Part shown: in pieces, positions 38,341-46,762 of the stretch | How positions within the stretch are numbered: the stretch's first letter is position 1 | How the letters are laid out: every line of letters begins with the position of its first letter | NCBI GenBank assembly: GCA_963765105.1 | Contig: CAVXUW010000001.1 | Location: forward strand, 1,692 to 65,691 | Length of the DNA: 64,000 bases | Source: an uncultured Thermoleophilia bacterium | Lineage (GTDB): Bacteria; Actinomycetota; Thermoleophilia; Miltoncostaeales; Miltoncostaeaceae | Direction: 5' to 3' | Program-made: the position numbers and the translations under genes | Notes under the pieces: model-generated | What the model was told of the DNA's origin: nothing | Database searches by the model: none | What the model saw: the letters and a program-made list of their open reading frames with translations, nothing else

Positions 38341-39525
38341 GTGAGGGAACCGCGCATCGCGTTTGTCACACCGCGCTACGGCCCTGACGTTGTGGGAGGC
38401 GCGGAGACGTTGTGTCGACTTATGGCGCAGAACCTCGCGCGCCACGGGACGTCCGTGGAGGTACTGACGACCTGCGCGGACAACCACTTCACGTGGAGTA
38501 ATGACCTCCCGGCCGGTGAGACCACTGACGGGGAGGTTCGCGTCCGCCGATTTGCCGTCTCGTCCGAGCGATCGAATCAACGCTGGCTTGACCTCCACAC
38601 ACAGATCGCTCTCGGACACGCGACGAGCTACGCCGACCAACTGGAATGGATGGCGAACTCGGTCTGGTCCGAAGAGCTCAACGACGCGGCCGCCGACCGT
38701 TCCCGCTACGACTGGGTGATCGGCATTCCTTATCTCTTCGGCACCACCTTTTGGACGGCGGCGAGCCGCCCCGACCGGACGTGCCTGATTCCGTGTGTCC
38801 ATGACGAACGCCACGCGTGGCAACCGGTCGTGCGATCCATGTTGAGCGGAGTACGTGGCTCACTCCTCAACTCACACGGGGAGTCGCTCCTTTTTCAACG
38901 CCTGGCACCTCACGCCCGTTGGCGCGTTGTAGGTGTCGGTTACGACGATGAGCCCGTCCCCAGCAGAGCGGACGTCGAGGCATTCTGCGCGAACCGCAAC
39001 ATCGCCCCCGGCTACCTTCTTTACGCCGGACGACGGGAGGTTGCGAAGGGTGTTCCTCTTCTGTTCGATCATTACCGTGCGTTCCGAGAGCAGTCACCGG
39101 GAGCACCGCCTCTTGCTCTGATGGGCGCAGGGGACTTGCCGGTTCCGGAGGACCTGCGCGACTGTGTGATCGAGCTGGGGTTCGTACCGACCGAGGACCG
39201 CGCCACGGCGTACGCGGGTGCTGCGGTCCTCCTCCATCCGTCGCGTCTGGAGAGCCTCGGCATGGTGATGCTCGAAGCGTGGTTGACGGGGACTCCGGCG
39301 TTGGTCAACTCAGGGTCGCCCGTTCTCGTCGACCATTGCCGCACATCGGGCGGAGGCCTGTGGTTCGATGACGTCGAGACGTTCTGCCTGGCGCTCGAAC
39401 AGATGCTCACCGACGACGCTCTGCGCGACCGCCTCGCCACGGCCGGTCGCGAATACACGCGAACGACCTTCTCGTGGGAAGAAGTGCGGCGGCGCCTCCT
39501 CGGCGCGCTCGAGGAGTGGGAATGA
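38341..39525 (+). CDS. Glycosyltransferase, GT4 family
   Basis: IAFVTPRYGPDVVGGAE.. and ..YAGRREVAKGV....GFV..EDR...Y..A..LLHPSRLESLGMV.LEAW..G.PALV. Confidence 0.8.
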   Translation: MREPRIAFVTPRYGPDVVGGAETLCRLMAQNLARHGTSVEVLTTCADNHFTWSNDLPAGETTDGEVRVRRFAVSSERSNQRWLDLHTQIALGHATSYADQLEWMANSVWSEELNDAAADRSRYDWVIGIPYLFGTTFWTAASRPDRTCLIPCVHDERHAWQPVVRSMLSGVRGSLLNSHGESLLFQRLAPHARWRVVGVGYDDEPVPSRADVEAFCANRNIAPGYLLYAGRREVAKGVPLLFDHYRAFREQSPGAPPLALMGAGDLPVPEDLRDCVIELGFVPTEDRATAYAGAAVLLHPSRLESLGMVMLEAWLTGTPALVNSGSPVLVDHCRTSGGGLWFDDVETFCLALEQMLTDDALRDRLATAGREYTRTTFSWEEVRRRLLGALEEWE

Positions 39526-40580
39526 GCCAGGGAGTGCACCTGGTCACAACCGGTTTCGCCCCGCGCGATGCCATCAGCCAGCACGTCCTGGAGGCACAGC
39601 GTGTGATTCGTGCGATGGGACTTCGGTGCGAAGTCTTCGCGCAACCGGAGCTCATCCACCCCTACTTGCGAGACCAAGCGCACTCCGGTTTCGATTGGAA
39701 GCGCGTCACCCAACCATCGGACGTTGCGATCCTGCACTACTCGATCAGCAGCCCGGTGATTCTTCACGTTGCCGACGTCGCCGCTCGATGTGCGCTCAAC
39801 TACCACAACATTACTCCGCCTCATTTCCTGTGGCGCTTCGCTCCCGAGATAGCCATCGAGTGCGCTCGGGGCCGGCGAAACCTCGCGTTGCTCGCCGATC
39901 GTGTCGTCGCAACCGCCGCCGACTCGGAGTACAACGCCCGCGAGCTCGAAGCGATGGGCTTTCCCACCGCGCGTGTCGTCGGCCTCCTGCGGCCACCGCT
40001 TGCTTCGCCGACGCCGCGTCTCTCGTTGCCGGGGGGACCGATCGACATCCTGTTCGTCGGCCGCGGAGTTCCGAACAAGGCCCAGCACGATCTGATCCTC
40101 ACGATCGCCGCACTTCATCAAGCCGGCCACGACGCTCGGCTTCGCCTCGTCGGTAGCTGGGGCGGGGTCGAACGCTACCGCGAATACTGCGCTCACATTG
40201 CCGAGATCACCGGCGTCGAGCGGCACGTCACGTTCGAAGGATCTCTCACTGATGAGCAACTCGCCGACGCCTACGCAACCGCTGACCTTTTTCTCTGCCT
40301 GTCAGACCACGAAGGCTTCTGCGTTCCGCTTCTCGAAGCGATGCTCGCGGAACTGCCCATCGTGGCGTACGGCAGCAGCGCGATCCCGTGGACACTAGGG
40401 GACGGCGGCCTTGTACTCGATGAGAAACCACCCTCGCTCGTCGCTGAAGCGATTGTCGAGACGATGTCGTCCTCGTCCCTGCGACGGCGACTGGACAATG
40501 GGAGACAGACGCGCCTGGAGTTCCATGGGGCGTCAGCCGTCGAGGAGCGGCTGACGGCCTTCATCGAGGCGGTCGCGTGA
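39522..40580 (+). CDS. Glycosyltransferase, GT4 family
   Basis: The ATG 39522 overlaps the upstream TGA (ATGA). ..ILFVGRGVPNKAQHDLI....G.L.D..L...Y..ADLFLCLSDHEGFCVPLLEAM....PIVAY. Confidence 0.8.
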   Translation: MSQGVHLVTTGFAPRDAISQHVLEAQRVIRAMGLRCEVFAQPELIHPYLRDQAHSGFDWKRVTQPSDVAILHYSISSPVILHVADVAARCALNYHNITPPHFLWRFAPEIAIECARGRRNLALLADRVVATAADSEYNARELEAMGFPTARVVGLLRPPLASPTPRLSLPGGPIDILFVGRGVPNKAQHDLILTIAALHQAGHDARLRLVGSWGGVERYREYCAHIAEITGVERHVTFEGSLTDEQLADAYATADLFLCLSDHEGFCVPLLEAMLAELPIVAYGSSAIPWTLGDGGLVLDEKPPSLVAEAIVETMSSSSLRRRLDNGRQTRLEFHGASAVEERLTAFIEAVA

Positions 40581-41296
40581 GCGAACTCGGCCTTCCGTCA
40601 CGCTTCCCGAGTGACGTTTCGGGTGTGGTCAGCACCCTGCAGACGTGCTTGAGCGAGTGGGGTCTACCCGGCAACGACGCCACCATCGCTTTCGGCTCTG
40701 GCTCAGTGTTCGGCGGGCGCTCGGGTCTGAATACCGTCCTCGTTCCCTTGGTGGATGGGCAGAACCAGGACGTCGCTCAACGGACTGTTCGATCAGCCGG
40801 CGTCGTCGTCCTGCTCGACCCGGCCGAGCTCGGCCTCCTCGGAGGTGCTCTCGACGAGTCCCGTGTCTTGCTCAGCGGGATCCCGAGGCCGTCGATGACA
40901 GCTCGAGACGAGTTTAACCCAAGCCCAGGCGAGCATCCCCTCTACGCATCGCTCTGGTCTGCCCTCGGCGGCGCACCGCCCACAGTGTGGGTATGGGGCC
41001 GCGGCGTGTGGTGTCTTATCCGAGCCGTCACGGCGTGGAGTTGCGGCTTCCCAGTTGTCGCGGCCCCCGGGACCCCACGACACTCGCTCCTGACCAGCGG
41101 AGGGACGCTCTTCGCGCGATCGGGCTGTGAGATGGTTGAGGCTTCGTCCTTTCTGCGCGACTCGCCTGCGCTCGCCCGGGAGACTGCGCGCCGGGGAAAG
41201 ATGGTGTGTGATGGGCTCCCAACCGTGGTCGACGTCTGCACGGTCATCGCCGAAGCCATCGAAGTTGCTCGGATCGACAGCTCAAACGGGGGGTAG
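40577..41296 (+). CDS. Hypothetical protein (translationally coupled to the upstream GT)
   Basis: GTGA start/stop overlap at 40577-40580. 239 aa with no recognisable catalytic motif. Confidence 0.45.
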   Translation: MSELGLPSRFPSDVSGVVSTLQTCLSEWGLPGNDATIAFGSGSVFGGRSGLNTVLVPLVDGQNQDVAQRTVRSAGVVVLLDPAELGLLGGALDESRVLLSGIPRPSMTARDEFNPSPGEHPLYASLWSALGGAPPTVWVWGRGVWCLIRAVTAWSCGFPVVAAPGTPRHSLLTSGGTLFARSGCEMVEASSFLRDSPALARETARRGKMVCDGLPTVVDVCTVIAEAIEVARIDSSNGG

Positions 41297-41325
41297 GGGA
41301 ACGGTTGGCAACGAAAGGGCACCAC

Positions 41326-42477
41326 ATGACTGCCGAGCACGACGACGCTGAGACGATGCGTGGACCTGACGCACCTCCCCTCTCGCCTCTCGAGCGCTAT
41401 CTACGTCGGCCTTCGCCGACCATTCCTCTCGGAGACTTCACCCGCGGCGCATCTGTCGTGCGATGGGTGCGGGCCTGTCTGGCGCGGGCAGTCATGCCTA
41501 CTCTCACGAGCTGGCAGGACGAGATGACGGCCGCCGACAACGACCTTCGCGACGGGCTGGGATGGGTTTCTCACGCCTTGACGTCCGAGCAGGTCGCTCG
41601 CGAGCAGCTTGATCGGCGTGCCGATGAGCTCGCTCAGATGGAACGAGCGTCCGCACAGCACATCGCCGCCCTGACCGAGCGACTCGACGAACTCGAGAAG
41701 GCGCAGCGCGTCGCCCGCGCCGAGATTGAGCGACAGCAACTGCGAATCTCCCCGCCTACTCCGGACGCGCCTCACACTCCCGAGCTCGCCACAGCTGTGT
41801 TCGACTACCTGCCCTTCGAGAATACGTTCCGCGGCAGTGAGGAACTCATTCGCGAACGTCAGAGTCGCTACATCGAGACATTCGCCGACTGTGGACCCGT
41901 GCTCGATATCGGCTGTGGGCGCGGCGAGTTCCTCGAACTTCTGCGCGACGCCGGAGTACCCGCTCGTGGGATCGACTCGGACACGGCGATGGTGTTGCAC
42001 GCACAGTCGAAGGGCCTCGACGTTGTTCAGGCGGATCTCTTCGACTATCTGGCCGAACTCCCGCTGGGGAGCCTTGGCGGCATCCTGTGCTCGCACGTCA
42101 TCGAACATCTGCCCGCGAGCGCGCAGATTCGCCTGGTACGACTCGCCGGCGCGGCGCTGCGACCCGGAGGGAGGATGGTCTTCGAGACGCCGAATCCCCA
42201 GTCGCTGATCGCCGGCTCGATCAACTTCTACTGCGACCCGACCCACCTGCGACCGGTCTACCCCGACACACTCGCCTTCCTGGTGGAACAAGAGGGATTC
42301 CATGATGTGCGAGTCGAGTTCCTCTCACCGGCTCCGGCCGAGGTGCGCTTGCCGGTGATCACGCCGGTCGACGGGCCGCTGCGTGACACGATCGATCAGG
42401 TTCGCGAGTCACTTGACCGGCTGGATCGAATCGTTTTTGGCTACCAGGAGTACGCGGTTGTCGGAACACGCGACTAG
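41326..42477 (+). CDS. Coiled-coil plus class I SAM-dependent methyltransferase (candidate glycan chain-end modifier)
   Basis: N-terminal heptad region ..REQLDRRADELAQMERASAQHIAALTERLDELEKAQRVARAEIERQQL. Then the SAM motif I VLDIGCGRGEFLELL and ..GILCSHVIEHL...LRPGGRMVFETPN. Confidence 0.8.
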   Translation: MTAEHDDAETMRGPDAPPLSPLERYLRRPSPTIPLGDFTRGASVVRWVRACLARAVMPTLTSWQDEMTAADNDLRDGLGWVSHALTSEQVAREQLDRRADELAQMERASAQHIAALTERLDELEKAQRVARAEIERQQLRISPPTPDAPHTPELATAVFDYLPFENTFRGSEELIRERQSRYIETFADCGPVLDIGCGRGEFLELLRDAGVPARGIDSDTAMVLHAQSKGLDVVQADLFDYLAELPLGSLGGILCSHVIEHLPASAQIRLVRLAGAALRPGGRMVFETPNPQSLIAGSINFYCDPTHLRPVYPDTLAFLVEQEGFHDVRVEFLSPAPAEVRLPVITPVDGPLRDTIDQVRESLDRLDRIVFGYQEYAVVGTRD

Positions 42478-42634
42478 CCCGTGCCCGATGGTCAGCGGCG
42501 CTTCGCTCCGTGCAACGGATCTCTGCGGCGACCACACCAAACGGATCCGTTACAACCTTCTTAAAGCCCGAGCACTTGACTACCCACCCCTCGTCTGGTC
42601 TCCTGGACATGTCGAGCTTCGAAGGGGTGAGTCG

Positions 42635-43993
42635 ATGACCGTTGTCCGTTTCTTGGCTAAGCATCGATGGCTGCGTTGGGTGTTCTCCATTGCAGCAGGG
42701 CTGCTGTTGAGTGGTGCACCGGTTGCCGTGGCGAAGCCGGGGACCCCTGTCTTTGCCTTCCCTGCTCCCGCACACTGGCCTCCCGAAGCGGTGCTTGGGT
42801 GGACGGGGGTCGCGAACACCTTCACACACCCGTGCCAGTTCAACGAGATCACCGCGCAGGACATCGCCGATGGTTCGTTGCTTCGGGTTCGCGTAAGTCC
42901 GGGCGGATATGAGACCGCCTTAGGCGGCCAATGGGCTATCCAACCCATCACGCAGTGGGTCTACCTCAGCCGCACTCCGACGTTCCTCCTTCAAGATGGA
43001 CACCAATATCGTTTCGCAGTTCGGTCCGGAGAGTTTACGACCGAAACCGATCTCTGCGTCTTTGAGCGCGCGACGAACATCGTTTATGGAGACCAAAGCG
43101 CCTTTACGTCCCCCCCAACCGGCATCGATCTCACCCCTCCGATCGTGTCGATGACCGTTGGCGGGAGGGAACCGATCCCAGCGACGTTTGCGTTCAAGGG
43201 AAGAAATTACGTCGATTTTCCCATCTTCGTGTTGCCGAATCCCGTCGCACGGGTGCAGGCTTCTGCGACTGACCCGATTCCGCCCGGCGGAACGTTCGCC
43301 TCGGGGGTTGCCCGCATCGAGTTCGTCGGAAGCACGCCTCAAGAGACCTCCGTCTTGTCGAGCGAGCCGCTTGTTTTCAACGAAGGCGTCAACGGTCTAC
43401 TTGTTGTCGCGCACGACGCCGCGGGCAACAGGGGGTTCAGTCCGCCCCTCGTTTGGGTTGACCGCACTCCGCCCAAAATCGCTGTTAGTCAGGCGTCGGC
43501 ATGGTCGGTGCCGGCCGGCGTCCCGGTCACGATCGCCGCAGTCGTGTCCGATGAGGGTCCGGCTGTCGGCCCAGCGCCGGTCACGTGGCGTTTTGACGAC
43601 GGTCGAGTGATGACAGGTTCCTCGGTGACGCGACGCTACCAACGCGATGGCACGTTCTGCGGAACCGCCAACACACGTGATCTCGTCGGTAACTCCGCAT
43701 CCACGTCGTTCGTGATACGCGTCGGCTTCACGAAACGCGCACCCGACATCGGATCGGTGCGCATCTCCGGGTCGCGCCGGGTGGGCTCACGACTGACCGT
43801 TCGTTCCTGCATCGCACGCACCGGGTGGGTTCGCGTCGCCCTACGCCGGGGGGGCTCGGTCGTCGCTAGCCGCTACGTCTACGCACAACCGGGAATCCTC
43901 GAAACCCGGTTTACCCTCCGAACCGCCGGGAGCCTCGAAGTGAGAGTCTCAACACGCCAATCCCGCACAACGCGGGGAGTGCGCGTCACCTAG
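42635..43993 (+). CDS. Secreted multi-domain Ig-like/PKD protein, paralogue of 53558..54931
   Basis: ATG 42635 follows GAAGGGG. Signal peptide ..IAAGLLLSGAPVAVA. Ig-type motif QASATDPIPPGGTFASGVARIEF and a PKD-like block VTWRFDDGRVMTGSSVTRRYQRDGTFCGTANTRDLVGN. The C-terminal beta-sandwich is ISGSRRVGSRLTVRSC. Confidence 0.7.
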   Translation: MTVVRFLAKHRWLRWVFSIAAGLLLSGAPVAVAKPGTPVFAFPAPAHWPPEAVLGWTGVANTFTHPCQFNEITAQDIADGSLLRVRVSPGGYETALGGQWAIQPITQWVYLSRTPTFLLQDGHQYRFAVRSGEFTTETDLCVFERATNIVYGDQSAFTSPPTGIDLTPPIVSMTVGGREPIPATFAFKGRNYVDFPIFVLPNPVARVQASATDPIPPGGTFASGVARIEFVGSTPQETSVLSSEPLVFNEGVNGLLVVAHDAAGNRGFSPPLVWVDRTPPKIAVSQASAWSVPAGVPVTIAAVVSDEGPAVGPAPVTWRFDDGRVMTGSSVTRRYQRDGTFCGTANTRDLVGNSASTSFVIRVGFTKRAPDIGSVRISGSRRVGSRLTVRSCIARTGWVRVALRRGGSVVASRYVYAQPGILETRFTLRTAGSLEVRVSTRQSRTTRGVRVT

Positions 43994-44035
43994 CCCCTCA
44001 ACGATCACAGCATCCGGAACCCGACGAGGCTCGCG

Positions 44036-44869
44036 CTACCGTGTGCGCTCGCGCTCCCGGATGCGTTTCAAGAACATGGGCCGGGGATCGCCACCGGGTT
44101 TGGCAGCGCCGGGAGGCGGCCCGGGGTTCACCGCGCCGTCCTCGGTGAGCGCTCGCAGAATCTCTCCACGGCGCCGTCGCATCGAGGCGATCATCGCCAT
44201 CATCCCGACACCGATCTTGAAAGCGGGAAGGAAGCGCTCGGTCGTGCCGTCGAGCCCGCCGCGCGCCTTGTAGTTCACCGGTACTTGGATCACGCCCCAC
44301 CGCCCGATGATCGAGAGCAGCATGATCTCCGGGCCGAGGATGCCACCGTAGTTCTTGAGGTGAGGCTCGATCCTCCTGATTGCGTCTCCCCGCATGAGCC
44401 GCATCGTGCACCCCACGTCGGAGAGGGAGTTCGTGTTGAACATCACCTCCAGCTGCTTCGCCACGGCCCAGTTTCCCCACCGGAGAAAGTGGCCCATATT
44501 GGCGCCGTCCCAAATCAGTTCCCGGATCGTTCGCGAGCCGTAGACGAAGTCGAAGTCACCCGAGTAGCTCAATAGCTTCCAAAGATCCCCAGGATCAAAG
44601 GTGCCGTCGGGCTCGCAGACACAGATCCAGTCAGCCGTCGTTTCTCGGATCCCACATCGAATCGCCGCGCCATACCCTTGGCGCGACTCATGGACCTCTC
44701 GCGCGGCGGATCCCCGGACTTCCTCGCTCGTCCCAGGCTCGGCGTTGTTGTTGACGACCAGAATGTCGTCGACAATTCCCAGCGCCGCGAAGCCGTCGAT
44801 CACCTGGCGAATGGTCGCCTTCTCGCGATAGGTCGGCAGGATCACCGCAATGGTTTGGCCTTGCCACAT
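44036..44869 (-). CDS. GT2 polyprenyl-phosphate sugar synthase (GtrB/DPM1-like)
   Basis: ATG 44869 (TGATG overlap with the upstream methyltransferase stop). IAVILPTYREKATI...VVNNNAEPGT......QGYGAAIR.G......CEPDGTFDP.DL......DFVYGSRT, then C-terminal TM helices. Confidence 0.8.
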   Translation of the reverse strand: MWQGQTIAVILPTYREKATIRQVIDGFAALGIVDDILVVNNNAEPGTSEEVRGSAAREVHESRQGYGAAIRCGIRETTADWICVCEPDGTFDPGDLWKLLSYSGDFDFVYGSRTIRELIWDGANMGHFLRWGNWAVAKQLEVMFNTNSLSDVGCTMRLMRGDAIRRIEPHLKNYGGILGPEIMLLSIIGRWGVIQVPVNYKARGGLDGTTERFLPAFKIGVGMMAMIASMRRRRGEILRALTEDGAVNPGPPPGAAKPGGDPRPMFLKRIRERERTR

Positions 44870-45534
44870 CAGCGCATCACCTCGGCGATCACGAGCATTT
44901 GGCCGGCAAAGGGCCGGAACGGCGAACGAAGGTAGAGCGGCGTCAAGAAGGTCAGATGACTGAAGCGCGACTTGAGCGAGAACGGCAGAAACCGCGCGTG
45001 ACATGTCACGACGCGAAAGCCTGCGGCGGTGACGGTGTCGCTGAGGGAGACGTCGGACAAGGGTGTCACGTGAGTGTAGTCGTCCCAGTAGGCGCCGGGA
45101 CACAGACGGATGTTGGGACCCATGAGGATGAGGCGTCCGCCCGGTCGAAGGACGCGGCGACAGCCGGCCAGTGTCTGGTCGATCTGCTCACGCGTCAGAT
45201 GCTCGAGCAGGTTTGATGAGAACACCACATCGAACTCGTCCGGCCCAAACGCCGACGCCAGATCCGTGGCCGACAGTGTGCGCGTCTCGACACCATCCGC
45301 CGCGAACTCGTCGATTCGGGGGTTCATGTCAACGGCGACCCGTCGACGCGCGGTCACATTGTTGATAAAGGTGCAGTAGCCCGCGCCGACGTCCAACACG
45401 TCGGCGGCGTCCGTCCAATTGGCGGCGAGATGGGCGACGATGTGGGCCCAGACGCGGTCACGTCGCGGGTCCTCGCGAAAGCGCGTTGCGAAGTAGCGCT
45501 CGTTGTCGGTTTCGCTCTGGGTTTCGATCGGCAT
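44869..45534 (-). CDS. Class I SAM-dependent methyltransferase
   Basis: ATG 45534. VLDVGAGYCTFINNV (motif I), ..FDVVFSSNLLEHL.., ..LRPGGRLILMGPN. Confidence 0.8.
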   Translation of the reverse strand: MPIETQSETDNERYFATRFREDPRRDRVWAHIVAHLAANWTDAADVLDVGAGYCTFINNVTARRRVAVDMNPRIDEFAADGVETRTLSATDLASAFGPDEFDVVFSSNLLEHLTREQIDQTLAGCRRVLRPGGRLILMGPNIRLCPGAYWDDYTHVTPLSDVSLSDTVTAAGFRVVTCHARFLPFSLKSRFSHLTFLTPLYLRSPFRPFAGQMLVIAEVMR

Positions 45535-45649
45535 CAGACCACATAGATTGCGGGACCTCGGCAACGGATCATAGTGATCCGGTTGAGGGGCGGGTTCCCT
45601 CAACCGCTCCCGCTGTCGTTCTCCCTCGGTCCGGGGGTAAGCTGCGCGC

Positions 45650-46744
45650 GTGGCAACGTCCGCTCACCGGCAGGCTCCGGTTCGACGGCGCGCGCTCATC
45701 GGAGCGACCGTCGGCCTGCCCATCAGCGCTCTGCTTTTGTGGTTGTCCCTGCGCAACACCGACCTTCCCCGTGCATGGAGCGTGCTGCGCGAGACCCGCC
45801 TGCCATGGGTGCTCGCGGCATTGGCAGGGGTCGGCGCGTTTTTCCTCGCCCAAGCGGCGCGCTGGCGCGTTCTTCTCCGTCCAGTGCGTGACGCATCCCT
45901 TCGTGAGGTCAGCGCGGTCGTGCTCGGAGCCGCGGCGATCAGCAACACGATTCCCGGTCGTCCGGGTGACCTCGCCCGTATCTGGTGGGTTGCGTCGACC
46001 ACGGGCAAGAGCCCGGTTCGGGCCGCCAGCACCGTTGCGCTGGACCGCATTGCGGACATCGTCGTTCTCGTCGGCGCGCTCGCCGTTGCTGCAAGCCAAA
46101 GCCCCCCGCGACGGGGCATCGCGGGCGTGCTCATCGCCTCGTCGATCGTGAGCGTCGTCCTCGTTCTCGCGCTCGTGGCCTCCTTCCTCTACGTCCATTC
46201 CGAGCGCGGCCGCGCACGTGCGGAGTCGGACCCGCATCGGGGGCGGGGGCGGCAGCTGCTGTCGGTGTTCCTGCGCGGCCTTACCGAGGTCTCCCCACGT
46301 GAGGCGCTGGTCGTCCTCGGCTGCACCGGCCTGGCGTGGCTCAGCTTCGGCCTCGGAGCGTGGGCGTCAGCGCAGGCGTTGGGGGTGTCCCTCTCACCCC
46401 TTGCCGTCGTGATGCTCACGACAACGATCAATCTCGGCACGGCAATCCCATCGTCGCCCGGTTTCGTCGGGACCTATCAATGGCTCACCATCGCGACGCT
46501 CGAGCCCTACGGGATCACGCGCGACACTGCCTTTGCCTACTCGCTCCTACTGCACGCCTTGATGCTGGTTCCCGCCACGGTGATCGGCTACGCGCTCACC
46601 GGCGCACTTCTGCGCCGCGGTCTCGCCCCCGTCGACGAGGTCCTCCCAACAACAACGGATGCGCTCGCCGTACCCTTGGCGGTCCATCTCGCCTCACGCG
46701 ACGCAGAGGCGCTCTCCTCTGATGCGGGCGGCCGCATGCCCTAG
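45650..46744 (+). CDS. Flippase-like / lysyl-phosphatidylglycerol-synthase TM-domain family membrane protein
   Basis: Eight or more TM helices. The N-terminus ..LLLWLSLRNTDLPRAWSVLRETRLPWVLAALAGVGAFFLAQAARWRVLL is typical of the UPF0104/'flippase-like domain' family that commonly accompanies GtrB-like GT2 genes. Confidence 0.65.
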   Translation: MATSAHRQAPVRRRALIGATVGLPISALLLWLSLRNTDLPRAWSVLRETRLPWVLAALAGVGAFFLAQAARWRVLLRPVRDASLREVSAVVLGAAAISNTIPGRPGDLARIWWVASTTGKSPVRAASTVALDRIADIVVLVGALAVAASQSPPRRGIAGVLIASSIVSVVLVLALVASFLYVHSERGRARAESDPHRGRGRQLLSVFLRGLTEVSPREALVVLGCTGLAWLSFGLGAWASAQALGVSLSPLAVVMLTTTINLGTAIPSSPGFVGTYQWLTIATLEPYGITRDTAFAYSLLLHALMLVPATVIGYALTGALLRRGLAPVDEVLPTTTDALAVPLAVHLASRDAEALSSDAGGRMP

Positions 46745-46762
46745 CCGGGCGCTGCGTTCGTG

